From Selaginella moellendorffii (lineage: Eukaryota; Plantae; Lycopodiophyta), in contig NW_003314265.1 in assembly GCF_000143415.4 (NCBI RefSeq), positions 1,198,446-1,262,445 on the forward strand: a DNA stretch of 64,000 nt. Direction: 5' to 3'. The translations under genes were made by a program, and so were the position numbers. Shown in pieces: positions 47,541 through 60,487 of this stretch (position 1 is the first letter of the stretch; each line of letters starts with the position of its first letter). The notes under the pieces were generated by a model. It was not told the DNA's origin. It worked only from the letters and a program-made list of their open reading frames with translations, and ran no database searches.

Positions 47541-50500
47541 GTGGTTTATTTTTTTCTCCTCTTAAGAACAGTCTTATTTTTCACAAAAGAGCACTCCCCT
47601 ATTTTCTTTTTTTTTTTTTGCCCTACTGATGTTATTGTGTAAGATAGAAATTAACTTATACTTCCAAATATATAGAAATTATATAAAAAAACACTAATTC
47701 AATCACAAAAAATCCTTCTTTCTTTATAATGAATTAATATTAAATCATCTAACCTTTCAATATTTAAAGAGGATCTTGAAGTAGTTTTCAATTAATTTTG
47801 ACAAAAAAAATCCATGTTTTAGCACAAATGGTACTCACATGTATCAAGAAGATAATTTTCCATAGTTCTATAAATTAAGACATGTATCTATTATAGAAAT
47901 ATCATCTCTACAAATTTGTGAAGTCAATAGTTCAAATTTTTATTGGCAAATTACTTTGCATAACAATTATAAAATTTATGAGCTTTCCTTTATATTTTAC
48001 CCATCCAAACTAAAAGACCATAATAATCTAGTAAAATATCTAGCCATTTGTAAGAGTTATTATCTAACTTTTCCATATCATTTGAGTAATTTATTAAGTT
48101 GAATAATTTTGTAACATTGAAAATACAAATATCCTTCCCCATTTTGGTTATACCTTACTTAAATCTAAGAAAAAGCTCAAGTTATATCCTTTTTGCTCTT
48201 TAGAATAGGAGTATAATTCAAGACATGCTCCCTTCAAGCTTTACAAACCATCTATAGTAACCTCTACAAAATTACTTAAATATTTAATACTAGGAGTCCC
48301 TTGTAGAAATTTTCTTCTTATACTTTTCATAATACCATCTAAATACCCAGCAATGCTAGCAATATCCATAATTTCAGGTTGAAAGATTTTGTTCAAGTTG
48401 TTCAATTCCAAACATATTTAAACTAGTATGTAATTTGTCAAAAACTTATATATCTTCACACTAGAGAATTGAAATTTTTTCAAGAAGCTAGCATTATTCT
48501 CTCCATAAGATAACTAGTGTATATTGTGAATTACAACATACCTAATATAAGTATATTCATGGCATCTTCTTTTTCTTAAAAGCATGCAACTATTTGTAGA
48601 TATGATTGCATTGCTTTTCAAAAGCTACAAACTTAGAAAAAACATACATAGCTCCAATAGTCATTAAATTTTATTTATGAGTTAAATAATGCACTCTAAG
48701 TAAGTATGGAATGCTGTTTCATTCTTGTCATTAGACCAGGATGTTCTTCAATTATAAAAAGTCTCCATCAATTACATTAGTAATATATTTTCCCTTTTCA
48801 ATGTTTATCTTTTCTAAAACCTTCTTAAAAGTTTTATATTTACTATAGCAAAAATATATTCAATTACTATCAATTATAGAAAGTAAATCTTATTTAGATT
48901 TTTTCTTCTTCTTACATAGATGTATATGATAAGCTAACTTTCTAAACTTTTATTAATACTATCATCCACTATGATAGAAAAGTAAAAACTAGCTTGAATA
49001 TCTTGAAAAATGTTTTTTTATAGCACATCTTTTATATATTTTATAAACTCTTTCCCACTCATAGCATTCACATAAGTTTGATATTTTATAGTATTTCTAT
49101 AAACCTACTAAATTCATAAATATTTATAGATTTTTAAAGGCAATTTCTTCTTCACAATCCCTTTTCTTCTTTACTTTCCAAATAGTTATATCTAATTGAT
49201 GTTGTTTGGAATTGTTATTCTTTTTCAAAGTTAGTTTTTGGAGAGTAAAATAACCATCTTTACCAAAAGGATTATCCTTTCTAGTATATATAGATGTTGT
49301 ACATTTCATCCTCTGCTTGTCTTTAGTATCCACCATATAATATACTTAAGTAAAATTGAGATTCGAATGTTTTACTCTTTTGACTATTTGAAATATTAAC
49401 TTCTTCTTCTGCTATTTAAAGACATTCATCCTTTAATCTAATTTTGGGTCTTTCATCAAAAAGTGAATTATGATTGCCATATTTTGTTGATATATCTTTC
49501 TTTTCTCCATCTTAATAGCAATAGTAACAAATGTTTTAATCCCATGTTGTTGTTGCTATCACTGCTTACCTATCTATGCTAGACCTAATCCGTGGTTAAA
49601 CATTAGGATACTCTTAAGATATTTCTAATACTATTTGGTAAAATATTATTCATACTACAATATACAATTTTTTTTTTGCCTTATAAGTCATAGGGCTAAA
49701 ATATTTTTGTACTTTGGTGCAAGGTGAATTTAAACTTATCATTCAAGTAGTAGGGTAAATTAGAATCTCCAACCTAAAATTTTGTCTCATTGATTGTTTG
49801 ACATAACAAGAAAAGAAAGGTTTTACCCCTTACCATAATGGAATATATTATACTTTACTGTTCCTATGATATTTTTTACCTCTACCAATCTACAAGTAAT
49901 AAAAGTAAAATATTCTTTGAAGTGTAAGCTTAACAATGTTATATATTGACATTGGTCTATGAAAGTTCTAAAATTTCTAACTGTATCTTTGATCCTTTGT
50001 GAATGGACTTGTCATAATTCTGCAAGAAATTTTTTTTAGTTTAGCAATAACAAGAAAGAAAGTAATGTTACCTTTTGATGAGAAAGTTTTATTAGAAGTA
50101 ATTTGTTATTACTAAAACCATTATCAATGTAATTAATGTGATTTTACCTATTTCTTGCCTATTAATTAAAACTGGAACATCTAACATATTTTATGCCATA
50201 TTTCTACTAATTGTCTTTTGTTTTGCTCTCCATTAGCACAGTGATACCTTCATTTGCTGCAAATTAAAATTTCTATTGAGAAACTTGCATAACTTCTATA
50301 TCGAGAAAGAAAACTAAAAATTACTTTGTTTTGATATAAATCAACAAGAAGAGTAATATTAGTAGCTACAACTAGATTTCCATATAGAAGATATAAGTAA
50401 AAAAAAATAAAAATTTACATTTTTGTATTAAGATAGATACTTTATTTGACATACCACAATAGCTTTCCAGTTTTTGTCATAAAACCACTTGAATACTCTC

Positions 50501-51249
50501 GTATGTTTAGCCAAATTTTAAATGATTCCATGGCCACCTAGCTTTCACATCAATTCCAACAGACATCTTACAACCCATTATATATTTTCTACAACTATTA
50601 AATATATAAACTTCTCACATGTTCAAAGAGCTAGAAATTAGCCAAACCAATACTCTCTTATTATTTTGTTTTACTGCACTCATAATGATTGCCACTTGAG
50701 TGATCACTTGTAAGCCATATAGCTTGAAGTGGAAAAATTCGTGAGTTGTAGGCATATAAAATGAATTAGTTCAAACATGCTCTATATTAATTCAAGGTAG
50801 AACTTATAAATCACATATAAGGCTTTCTAATATAGTCTCAGGGATAAATTTCTCCAATTGAAATATAATATTGTTAAATCAAAACCTTTAAATAAATAGT
50901 GTTTACTCTTTGGGACACCACTTCTTTTTAGGGCATGGCATGGGTTCTATTATTGACATATTTTACTGTATAATATAATTATTTTGCCATCCACCCTAGA
51001 TACACCTCTCAATTCCGGAAGCACACCTGCCCCTTTAGATCTATTGTGTAAAGCTTGCAATTAAGTTTTGATTACCATACCCACCAAGAGTGGATTTGTT
51101 TATTTTCAAGAAATACATATTAAATGTCATATTAATACCAAAATCAAGCTCAAGAATTTAAATTTAAAACTCAAAGTTCCTTTTATCCAAATACTAAGTT
51201 TAGATTCCACTTAAGAATTACAAGAAGGGTGAGGGCGGCGGCGGCGGCT

Positions 51250-51749
51250 ATGGCGCTGTCGAGCGTCACCACAGAGGAGTACACTTCGCTGTTTCTGCAG
51301 TCGCAGCTTCCGGAGGAGGAGATGTTCACAAAGGGGATTCTCACCAAGAGCCTGGAAGAGGTAATTTGGATGGATCCACTCGATTGGATGGGTTTTTCTT
51401 CAATCTTTGATCCCAAATTGGATCGTCGATCAGGTGCTCAGGATGCATGGTGTACGCAGCGCTACCGTCTTCCGGACCAAGGTAGTGGGGCGTGGTGCTA
51501 CATTTCTTTTCCAACAATCGTGCTTGCTTTGATTTGGTTTTTGATCGATCTTTATTTCTTCCTTGGTAGGTCCAGATGCTCGAAGCCCTGAAGAACACGA
51601 AGATGATAAGTCTCTTCCGCTCCACACTCGATTCTTCCGAGATCAAGGGCGCCGCCGTCGATCCGGCGGCTGATCTCAAGGCGCTGCATTGGAGCGACGG
51701 GGAGATCCTCGAGGTGGTGACGCTGGAGCCAATCATTCGAGAAGAATGA
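51250..51749 (+). CDS. Small three-exon protein of unknown function
   Basis: GT-AG splicing gives MALSSVTTEEY...SLEE|VLRMHG...TK|VQMLEAL...RSTL...DLKALHW...EE* in one continuous frame. It resembles a plant family with MHG...RSTL...DL..L.W motifs (recollection). Confidence 0.65.
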
Positions 51750-52064
51750 TCGAGCAAACAATGCGAAAACGTTCCACTTCGATAAAAGGAAATGGTACAA
51801 TCGAGTTTCTAAGGTTTAAACTACCGTACCGGAAAGAATCATTCCCCAGAATATTCTATGTGCGGAACGAAGATTACCACGTCATGGTGGGAAGGGCGGC
51901 AGCTTCGATTCATCCAATCCAGGATCCAATTTTTTCTCTCAAAGGTAGCGTAGTAGCAGAGGGCGGCCAGTGAAGAGAAAGAGGAGGGTATCAGGAATTA
52001 AAGTGGTCCCTCCCGCTTTTCTCGATCGATTTTCGGGGATCGAATCCGTGGATGGTGCTACATC

Positions 52065-54623
52065 ATGGGTCTGGTGATTGGATTCGTTTTGGGGCTTCTT
52101 CTCGGCCTAGCGCTGACGATCGCCTTCGTTCTCTGCGAGAACCAGCGATCCCAAGCTCGCAGGAAACTGGTGAGTGCTCCTCTTCTTTGGTTTTCTCTGC
52201 ATTCTAGAGCCTTCTCCAATCTCCCAAATTTTGCTTCCTCGCGGCAGGCGGTCTCCACCGCGGCATTCTCACAACTAAACGTGGAGGATGTGAGGAAGCT
52301 CTTTAGCAAGCAGTCTTTACCGCAGTGGGTCCTCTTCACCGAGTATGACAAGGTTCAGTTAAAGCCTCTAGTGTTTCTTCCTCGCTAACAATTCTTCTCT
52401 GTTAAGTAACACCGGTTGGTTTTCTTCTCTATTAAGTAACACCGCCTTCTTTTCTATCTTTTTCTATCTTTTTCTATAGGTGTCCTGGCTAAACTACGAG
52501 CTCCGGAAGATGTGGCCATCCATAGATCAGGTTCGTCGGAAAAAAAATTATTTTTTTAGAAAAACAAGTCTCAAGTTCTCGTGATTTTGTTTAACAGGCA
52601 ACCTCGGAGCTCACTAGAGTTATCGTGGAACCCATACTGGAGCAATACAAACCCCCGGTTATTTCTTCTCTCAAGTTCCAAAAGTTCACGCTCGGCACTG
52701 TCGCGCCACAGTTTGTAGGTCCAAGAACTTGGCACAAACTTTTGAAAGTGGAGTGACTTTGTGGAGCCTTTTTCTTGTTTTCTTTTGTGCAGGCATACAA
52801 AAGGTGGAAACAACCGACGATGAGATCGTGTTGGAGATGGAGCTGCAGTGGGATGGGAATCCCAGCATTATACTTGGCGTGAAAACCATGCTTGGAGTGT
52901 CACTCCCACCAGTACAGGTACTGCGCGTTGAAAATCTTACGCATTTTTCCACTCATGTGTGTCAAACTTCTATGGAAACACAAAAAAAGGTGAAGGACAT
53001 TGGAGTAACTGGTGTGTTTCGCGTTGTTTTCAAGCCTCTAGTCGATACTTTCCCGTGCTTTGGAGCCATCATGTACTCGCTGCGTGAACAGGTTAGCAGT
53101 GATTTTTCTCCCATCTTTTTGCTGAGAGTGCTGTTCATTGTTGCCAGAAAAAACTTGATTTCAAGCTCAAGTTTATCGGCGGAGACATCAAAGCATTTCC
53201 AGTGCTTGCAGGAGCAATCGATGTAAGCGTTGTGTTTGCTCTCTACTCCTGTTTGTTTCTCCCATGAACGTATAATTTCTAGGGAATGATAAGAACAGCA
53301 GTGACGGACTCGTTCCTCTGGCCAATGCGGCAAGTTGTGCCAATTCTCGCGGGTGACTACAGGTAAGTCACGCATCTTTCATGGACTTCACTCGACACAG
53401 ATTTCTTGGTGCCGTATAACAGTGATCTCCTACTCCGTACGTGTGGAAGACTAGTTGTCAAGGTGGTACAAGCGAAAGACTTGCTCAACATGGACTTGTT
53501 TGGAAAATCCGATCCTTTCGCGCAGCTCTTCATCCGTCCCATACCGGCCCGGAGAAAAAGAACCAAAACAATCGTAAGGAAGTCTTACGAATTTTTTTTC
53601 TTCATGAATCTTTGAAAACTTTGCAGGATAACGACCTGAACCCGGTATGGAACGAAGTTTTTGAGTTTGAAATAGAAGATCCGGCAACGCAGAAGCTGTT
53701 TGTTCACATTTTCGACGAAGACAGCGTCCAGGCCTCGGAGCTAATCGGATCGACTCAAGTGCCGGTGAGAGAGCTACAGCCGGGGAGCTTAACCGAGTAC
53801 TGGCTTCCACTCGTCAAGGATCTCGGCAACAAGAAGGAAAACAAGTATAGAGGCCAGGTAAACTTCATGCAAGCTCTTCTTTCTTTCCATTTAGCATTCC
53901 AATCACAACAGGTCCAGCTCGAGCTTCTTTACATGCCGCTAGACGTGGATTCACGGCCGGAAGGTGGTACAAAGTCACAAACACCAAGAACAACGCTCGT
54001 AAATGGCGTCCAGCACCACAGGCGAGCTTCCTCTTTGGCATCAAAGCTTTCATCCAAGAGCTTCATCAAGCCGGCTGCCGTGCACTATCGAGTCTTGTCC
54101 TCGGGCGACGATCAGCTAGCTGCTAGTGGAACGCTGGGCGTGACGGTGATTCGAGGGGAGAACTTGGTGGCCAAGGATTTCAATGGCAAGTCGGATCCAT
54201 ATGTGGTAATTTACATGAAAGGAAGCAAAGCGAAGATGCAAAAGACCAGTGTAAGTGGTGCTAGAGCTTGTCCTTGAGGTGTTCTTTCGTTGTGTTCTAA
54301 AGTTTTAGAGAATTTTCTTCCAGGTGATGCGCAAGACGCTCAATCCGGAGTGGAACCAAAGGTTTCAATTCCCCGTGGAGGACGCGAGGAACGATATGGT
54401 TGTGGTGGAAGTTTGGGACCGCGATGTGTTTGGAAAGGTGGATCTTCCAGAGAAAAACTTAGAGCTCCATGGATCTAACAAGTTTTCTTTCCAGGATTTT
54501 ATGGGAAGTTGTGCGCTTACACTCTCCAAAGTTCTCACCGAGAGATCATACTACGAGGTAGTGACGCTTTCTCCTCGAGCGGCTGGAAAGCTTCACTTGC
54601 ATTTAGAATGGACGAATGCTTAA
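52065..54623 (+). CDS. Plant synaptotagmin (SYT4/5-like): N-terminal TM, SMP domain and two C2 domains, multi-exon
   Basis: GLVIGFVLGL TM segment, KFTLGTVAPQF, WDGNPSIIL, DLFGKSDPF, DLNPVWNE, DFNGKSDPY, TLNPEWNQ. Confidence 0.92.
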
Positions 54624-54928
54624 GAATGAATTAGTGAGGAATTTTATTAGTACAAAGTAATCAAACTTATGAATGATATACTCCAATCAAAGCTGTCGCT
54701 TAGATCGATCGCCATGATTAAAACCAATCGACTAGCCTAGAAAGCTAAATGTGCTACTCACGATCCAACAGTACGCCCTATAGCCGTCAGCACTTACCAT
54801 CTTCTTAACTGTTGACATTCCAGCCGTTGGATCTCCCTCCTTCCATCCCAGCCGTCCAATCCCAGCCTTCCCATTTTTCCAATTGGCGAGGGGTTTCTTT
54901 CGTTGTGTGTGGAGAGAAGGCGAGAGCT

Positions 54929-57900
54929 ATGGCGGAGGGAGCTCCGACGACGATGATCCTCGCGCGCCGGCCGGGCTATGGCACCGCGGGGACGGGGACG
55001 ACGGTGCTGGCCAATAATTTTTGGGTGCGCTTCGACAAGACGAGGAATGTTTTCCACTACGATGTAGGTTCTTGCTCGATCGATCCTTCTCTCCTTGCTT
55101 ATTTCGCGTCCTTGCCGCTGGTTCTTGTGATTCCAGGTGGTTGTGACCCCCGATGTTCCCGCGGGATTCAAGCGAGCCATCATCCAGGCCATGATCGAGC
55201 AGTACAAGAATGAGAAGATCCAGTGCTTGCCGGTCTACGATGGAGAGAAGAGCCTCTACACGGCGAAATCGATCGGCGATAGCCTAGAGCTGGACGTGAA
55301 GCTCGGGGATGTCGACGATAGTGGAAGAAGGAGGCAAGATTTCGAGGCTTTTTCTCTCGTTTGTGCTGATTTCGAGCAATGTATGTTGCCAGGAGAGACA
55401 CAGACTTTCGTGTCACACTGCGGCTCGCCTCGCGGCCGAATTTGGGCTCGCTCGCGGATTTTCTAGGCGGGAGAACCACTGTTTGCCCACACGACACGAT
55501 CCAAGTCATGGATCTCGTCTTGAGGGAGTGTGCTACGAACTCGAAGAAGTAAGAACGCTCGCTCTTGTTCTTCCTTCTTTCTTTGTCTAAAAGGGTAGAA
55601 CTCAATGCAGCCTTGTTCCTGGTGGTCGGTCTTTCTTCTCCCCTAACCTGGGAAACAAGGATCTTGGAGGCGGCCTCGTCGCGTGGCAAGGCTTCTATAT
55701 GTCCATCCGTCCAGCACAGGACAATTTGCTCGTCCTTAACATTGGTACGAGTTTCCAGAGTTTCCAGGTTGCGTTCTTTTATTCTTTATTTTCTCTTCTC
55801 GCAGACATGACCGGGAATGCGTTTATCAAGGAGGGGCAGACTCTGGTGGAGTTTGTGAGCAGGTCTTTTGGTGCCGATCCTCGCGATCTGGATCGTAACA
55901 TGCGTCGGCAGGATGCACAGGGCGACACTTACCGCGTCAAGGTTGAGATTTCTCTTTTCTTTTTTTTTTCTTCATCTTAGAATGTGCTTTTCCTAAGAAA
56001 AGCGATCTTTTGTGTAGATGAAGAAGCTGGTGAAAGGCCTCAAGGTGGAAACAAGTCACTGCAAGACCAAACGAAAGCTCAAGATTGTGAGCTTGACGCG
56101 ACAGCCACTGGAAACTTTGAAGTAAGTGCCCCCTGCTTTCAAGTTCGTGTTCTTCGCTAACGTCGTTTTTGTAAAGCTTTAATATGAATGGTATGCAAGT
56201 TTCCGTAGTCGATTATTTTCGGCAAACTTATGGTTTAAACCTGGCATTTGGGGGGTTTCCTGCTGTGGAGCAAGGATCCGGTGATCGGAAAAAGTATATC
56301 CCGCTCGAGGTTTGCATAGTCCTTCTGCTGTTTGACGAGTAATCCATTGTTGTTGGACAGCTCTGCCGACTCGTTAAGGGCCAGAATTTTACCAGAAGGG
56401 TGAATGACGACCAGAGAAAGGGGCTCTCTGCAATGACATGCTGCCTACCTGAGCAACGCGTGAACGCCACACAACAGGTTTGTTTGGGCACTTCATTTCT
56501 ACCTCGACAAACGTTTTTGTTCAGGCCTGCTTAAATCTGAAAAAACAAAGCGAAGATCACGCCAAAGAGTTCGGAGTGGAAATCAATCCTAACTGGACTA
56601 GAGTTCCAGCTCGAGTTCTTAATCCTCCAAAGGTTGGGTTTACTAGCAGACCTCGTGAAGTAGACAAATAAAAATTCGTAAGTGCAGGTGAAGTATGGAA
56701 ATGGTGAAATTTGTCCCCGCGATGGGACGTGGAACATGATAAACAAGGTGCGAACAATTGTGAAGATTGTGCTATTCATGACGCAGATGAATGCGTGCAG
56801 AAAATGGTCGAAGGGCGGGAGATCAAACATTGGGGCATTATTAGCTGCTCTAACCGTGTGAGAGAAAATGACCTTCAAAGGATAGCACAGCAGCTCTCGT
56901 CAGCATGTCTTTCTTATGGAGTGGTACGTCTGCAGAATTCTTCTTTTACTAGCTTTTCTTAATGCTTCTTTTACAGGGCTTGGACGTGAATGTCGTAATG
57001 CCTCCGCTGGTGGTGACTGTTCCACAGAGGGTGGACGAAACGATACGGTCTTCCGTGAAAAAACTTGCGGAGCGGAATATCGAGCTCCAGCTGCTCGTGT
57101 GCATTCTACCAGATCGTGAACACAAGCCATTTTATGGTAAGATTTGCGGTGACTGGGATTCAGTGAACACTTCTTCCTTCTTCACAGTGACCATCAAGCG
57201 CTTATGCGAGCTTGAACTTGGTGTCATAACTCAATGCGCGCAGGAGGGTAAAATTAGGAAGTGTGATCCTCGCTACCTCGCAAACCTTATTTTAAAAATC
57301 AATGCCAAGGTATTGTGCGAAATGTTTTCTTTCGTTGGCTATTGACGAGGTTTCGACAGTTCGGAGGGAAAAACGCAGTTATATGTGCGCAAGATCTGAA
57401 GAAATGCAAGCCGGTAGCAGACTCGCCAACTCTGATAATCGGTGCGGATGTTTCTCATCCTCGTGCTGGGGAGGAAACAGGGTGCTCAATGGCAGCGGTA
57501 CGTAGCGATATAAAGATGGATGCTCTCACTGACATAAAGAACATCCAGGTTGTGGCGAGTATGGATTGGCCCGGGTTTGCGCAGTATGCGACGGTCGTGA
57601 GAAGTCAGCCTTCGCGACAGGAGATGTTGGACGACCTGTTCTGGGAGAACGTTGACGAGCAGGGCCGTAGTGTCAGTGGTGGCATTTTCAAGTAAGTGTG
57701 TTCTTACGGTGTGGTGCATTAACATTGTTTTTCTGTTTTTCTTTGCAACAGGGAGATGTTGATGGCATTCCATCACCGGACGAACTTTATCCCTGAGCGT
57801 ATAATTTATTACAGGTAACAAAAGGAAATGGTCGGGATTTAGAAGCTTACATTAACATTCCAGAGACGGAGTAAGCGAAGGACAGTTCGAGGCTGTGCTT

Positions 57901-58709
57901 CGTAGCGAATACGAGTCGCTTCAGCGAGTAAGTTTGTAAACATTTTGACTTCGATCGGGTGTCTAAAATCTTAGCACGCAGGCTTGTTCTGCTCTCGGCT
58001 GGAGCGGTGGGCCTCCGGAGCAGGCCGAGAAGCGGTCCAAGCAACCATCAAAGGGTCCCAAGATCACGTTCATAGTGGTGCAAAAGAGGCACCATACCTG
58101 TTTTTTCCCGGCCACGAAGCCGACTGGGAAAAACCAGAACATCAGCCCGGGGACAATCGTCGATAAAGTCGTGTGCCATCCGACAAACTTCGACTTCTAC
58201 CTTTGCAGCCACCAGGGAATCAAGGTACTCCCAAGAAATCCCCACAGTGATTTCTCATTCTTAAACTTGTCTGCGGCACTGTGCAGGGGACTAGCCGGCC
58301 CGTGCACTACCACGTCCTCAAAGACGAGAACGGGTTTACTGCTAACGAGATCCAGCAGTTCACGCACGACCTCTGCTACCTCTACTCTCGCTGCACCCGA
58401 GCTGTTTCGTATGGTAGGTCTCAAGCTTGTCTCTTTCGATGCAAAAACAATAACTTTTCTCTTGCAGTTCCACCGTGCTATTACGCTCACTTGGCAGCAC
58501 AGCGAGCGCAGGCTTGGGTGGATCCCGAGGGCTCCACGCCTCCAACGACGGCGAGTGGAGGAGGGTCGGACGCCGGTGCTGCTGGTCCTGCTGGTGCTAC
58601 TGGTGGTTCTCGTGGAGGGAGGCGTGCTGCTCGGCGAGTTCCCTCTGGACCAGTGCGGCCGCTTCCGCCGATGCACGAGAAGATCCGGAACACCATGTTT
58701 TACATCTAA
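54929..58709 (+). CDS. AGO: Argonaute protein (N-PAZ-MID-PIWI), intron-rich and divergent
   Basis: RPGYGTAG...[22 protein letters not shown]...[69 protein letters not shown]. Confidence 0.96.
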
Positions 58710-58902
58710 GAAGGTTTGCAAGGTTTGAGAAACGAGCATACAATTTTGCGAGGTTTACACTAGTATGTGATCGTATGGCATTATAGTGAAAGTTCTAAAG
58801 TTTTGGACGACCGAGCTTAACTTCTATAGTGAAAGTTTTGTTCCACAGTTTTGAGATTCGAAACCATTCTTGTATTTCTTATGGTTCTTTTTTACAAGCT
58901 GA

Positions 58903-60487
58903 TCAAACCGCTTCTACATACGCATTCGTTGCTTCATCGAACTTAAACCTGGAAGAGACTCGATTCAAGTTCCAGTCCAGAGAGAAAAATGGAGCTTACC
59001 ACTGGCCGGATGCCGCGCTACAAAACAGGCCCGAGCTCGGGTCGTAGTAGTATCCCGTCTCGGCGTTGTAGTAGTATCTGCGTTGTCAAAGCCGCGGCTT
59101 AGAACGATATGAATGCTTGCTCTTGTCGAGAGGTCTCATACCCGGAGGATCCATCGTAGACATATCCATTGGCATCCGCCTCGCCAGGCTCGGACGCTTG
59201 AGGTTCATCCGAGAAGATGTCTACTTCCTCTTGTAGCACAGCATCTGCAAGCGAAGAAGTTCGTAAACACGCAGAGAGCAAGCTCTGGAGGATTGATTCA
59301 CCTGCTTCTCGTCGAAACTTCTCTTGCACCTTGTCGTAGACGTCTGGAAGAAATTTGAGCAAAGATTAGAGGAGTTGGAGACGAGGCTTTTTGAGGCGAC
59401 AAACCTGATTCACCGATGTCCATCAGCTTCATTGCATCTTCTGTAAGCTGGTCGAAGGCGATCTTCGCGGGCCCGGTTAGCTTGCCTCGTCGATTCCCTT
59501 CTTTCGTGGACCCTCTAAGTCGTCTCAGTGCCTCCAGGACCTGTAAGGAGAGCCTTCATAAATGAGATTCACCGAGATGACTACACTAGGGACAAGCATA
59601 TATGCAGACATCCAGTTGAAAGGAAAAAAAAACTGCTAGCGTGAGTGACATACCCAAGACAATAGAATGCCACCACCAAGCATGAAAATGCCGAACAAGA
59701 AAAAACAAGCACCGTTTCTCCAGGCTCCAGCGCGTCCGCAATCCGCTTCTTCATGAGCCCGATATCTCGAGGAGAAATGTCGTGCTCGGCAGCCTCTTTA
59801 TCTTTTCTCGCGAGGTGTTTGGCCGCGAACCGAGTGTCTACCTCCGCACTGTCCAGCCAAGCGTCCTGGAAGAGAGGAGTCAAAAAGGAAATCACACTCA
59901 AAGACGAAGCCAGGAGAAGAGATTTCTCACATACCCGAGCCTCGAACTTGGTCGCGTACTCCACATAATGGCCATCATCGTCAAAGAAGCCATCCCTTCT
60001 CTCCGCATTTAAGTTGAATGGCTCCAACTTGACAGCATCATCGTCATTCTGGAGCTCAAAGAGTTGGAAGAAGATCGAAAAAAAGAAAGGAAAAACGCTC
60101 TTTTGGGACGCGTACCTCGAAGCTCTCCTCGGCTTGGCTGAAATCATGGAGATTGGAAGTATCCTCCGCGGTTCTGAGCTGCTCCGCCATGACGCTCCGC
60201 CGCATCGCCCGCTCGGTCGCGGCAATGCGTGCACTGCGCGAGCGTGGATCGCCATCGTCCTCCTCCTCATCGACGCCGCCACGCTCGAACACATCGCTCT
60301 TCTTTCCTTTAGGAAATTTCAGCTTCCTGGGCCTGAGAAAGAAGGGATTGAGAGGGAGGAGAACAATCACTCGAATGAGCGCTGGGACTTACTGATCGTC
60401 CTCATCGTCGTCGTCTGGATCCGGCTCCTCGTACGTGAAGCGAGCGCGCTTGCTGCCCGCCCGCGACGCCTTGGCTGCTCCCTCCAT
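58903..60487 (-). CDS. CD2BP2/Lin1 (U5-52K)-like spliceosomal protein with C-terminal OCRE-like aromatic repeat, multi-exon
   Basis: FPKGKK, LEPFNL..ER..GFFD..G.YVE, DAWLDS, LEPGET|VLEALRRL, FDQLTEDAMKL, GYVYD..SG|YYY...GYYYDP.SGL. Confidence 0.8.

Noticed and set aside
50620-50750. Possible hAT dimerisation-domain remnant
   Set aside because: The resemblance needs frameshifts and is too weak to call.
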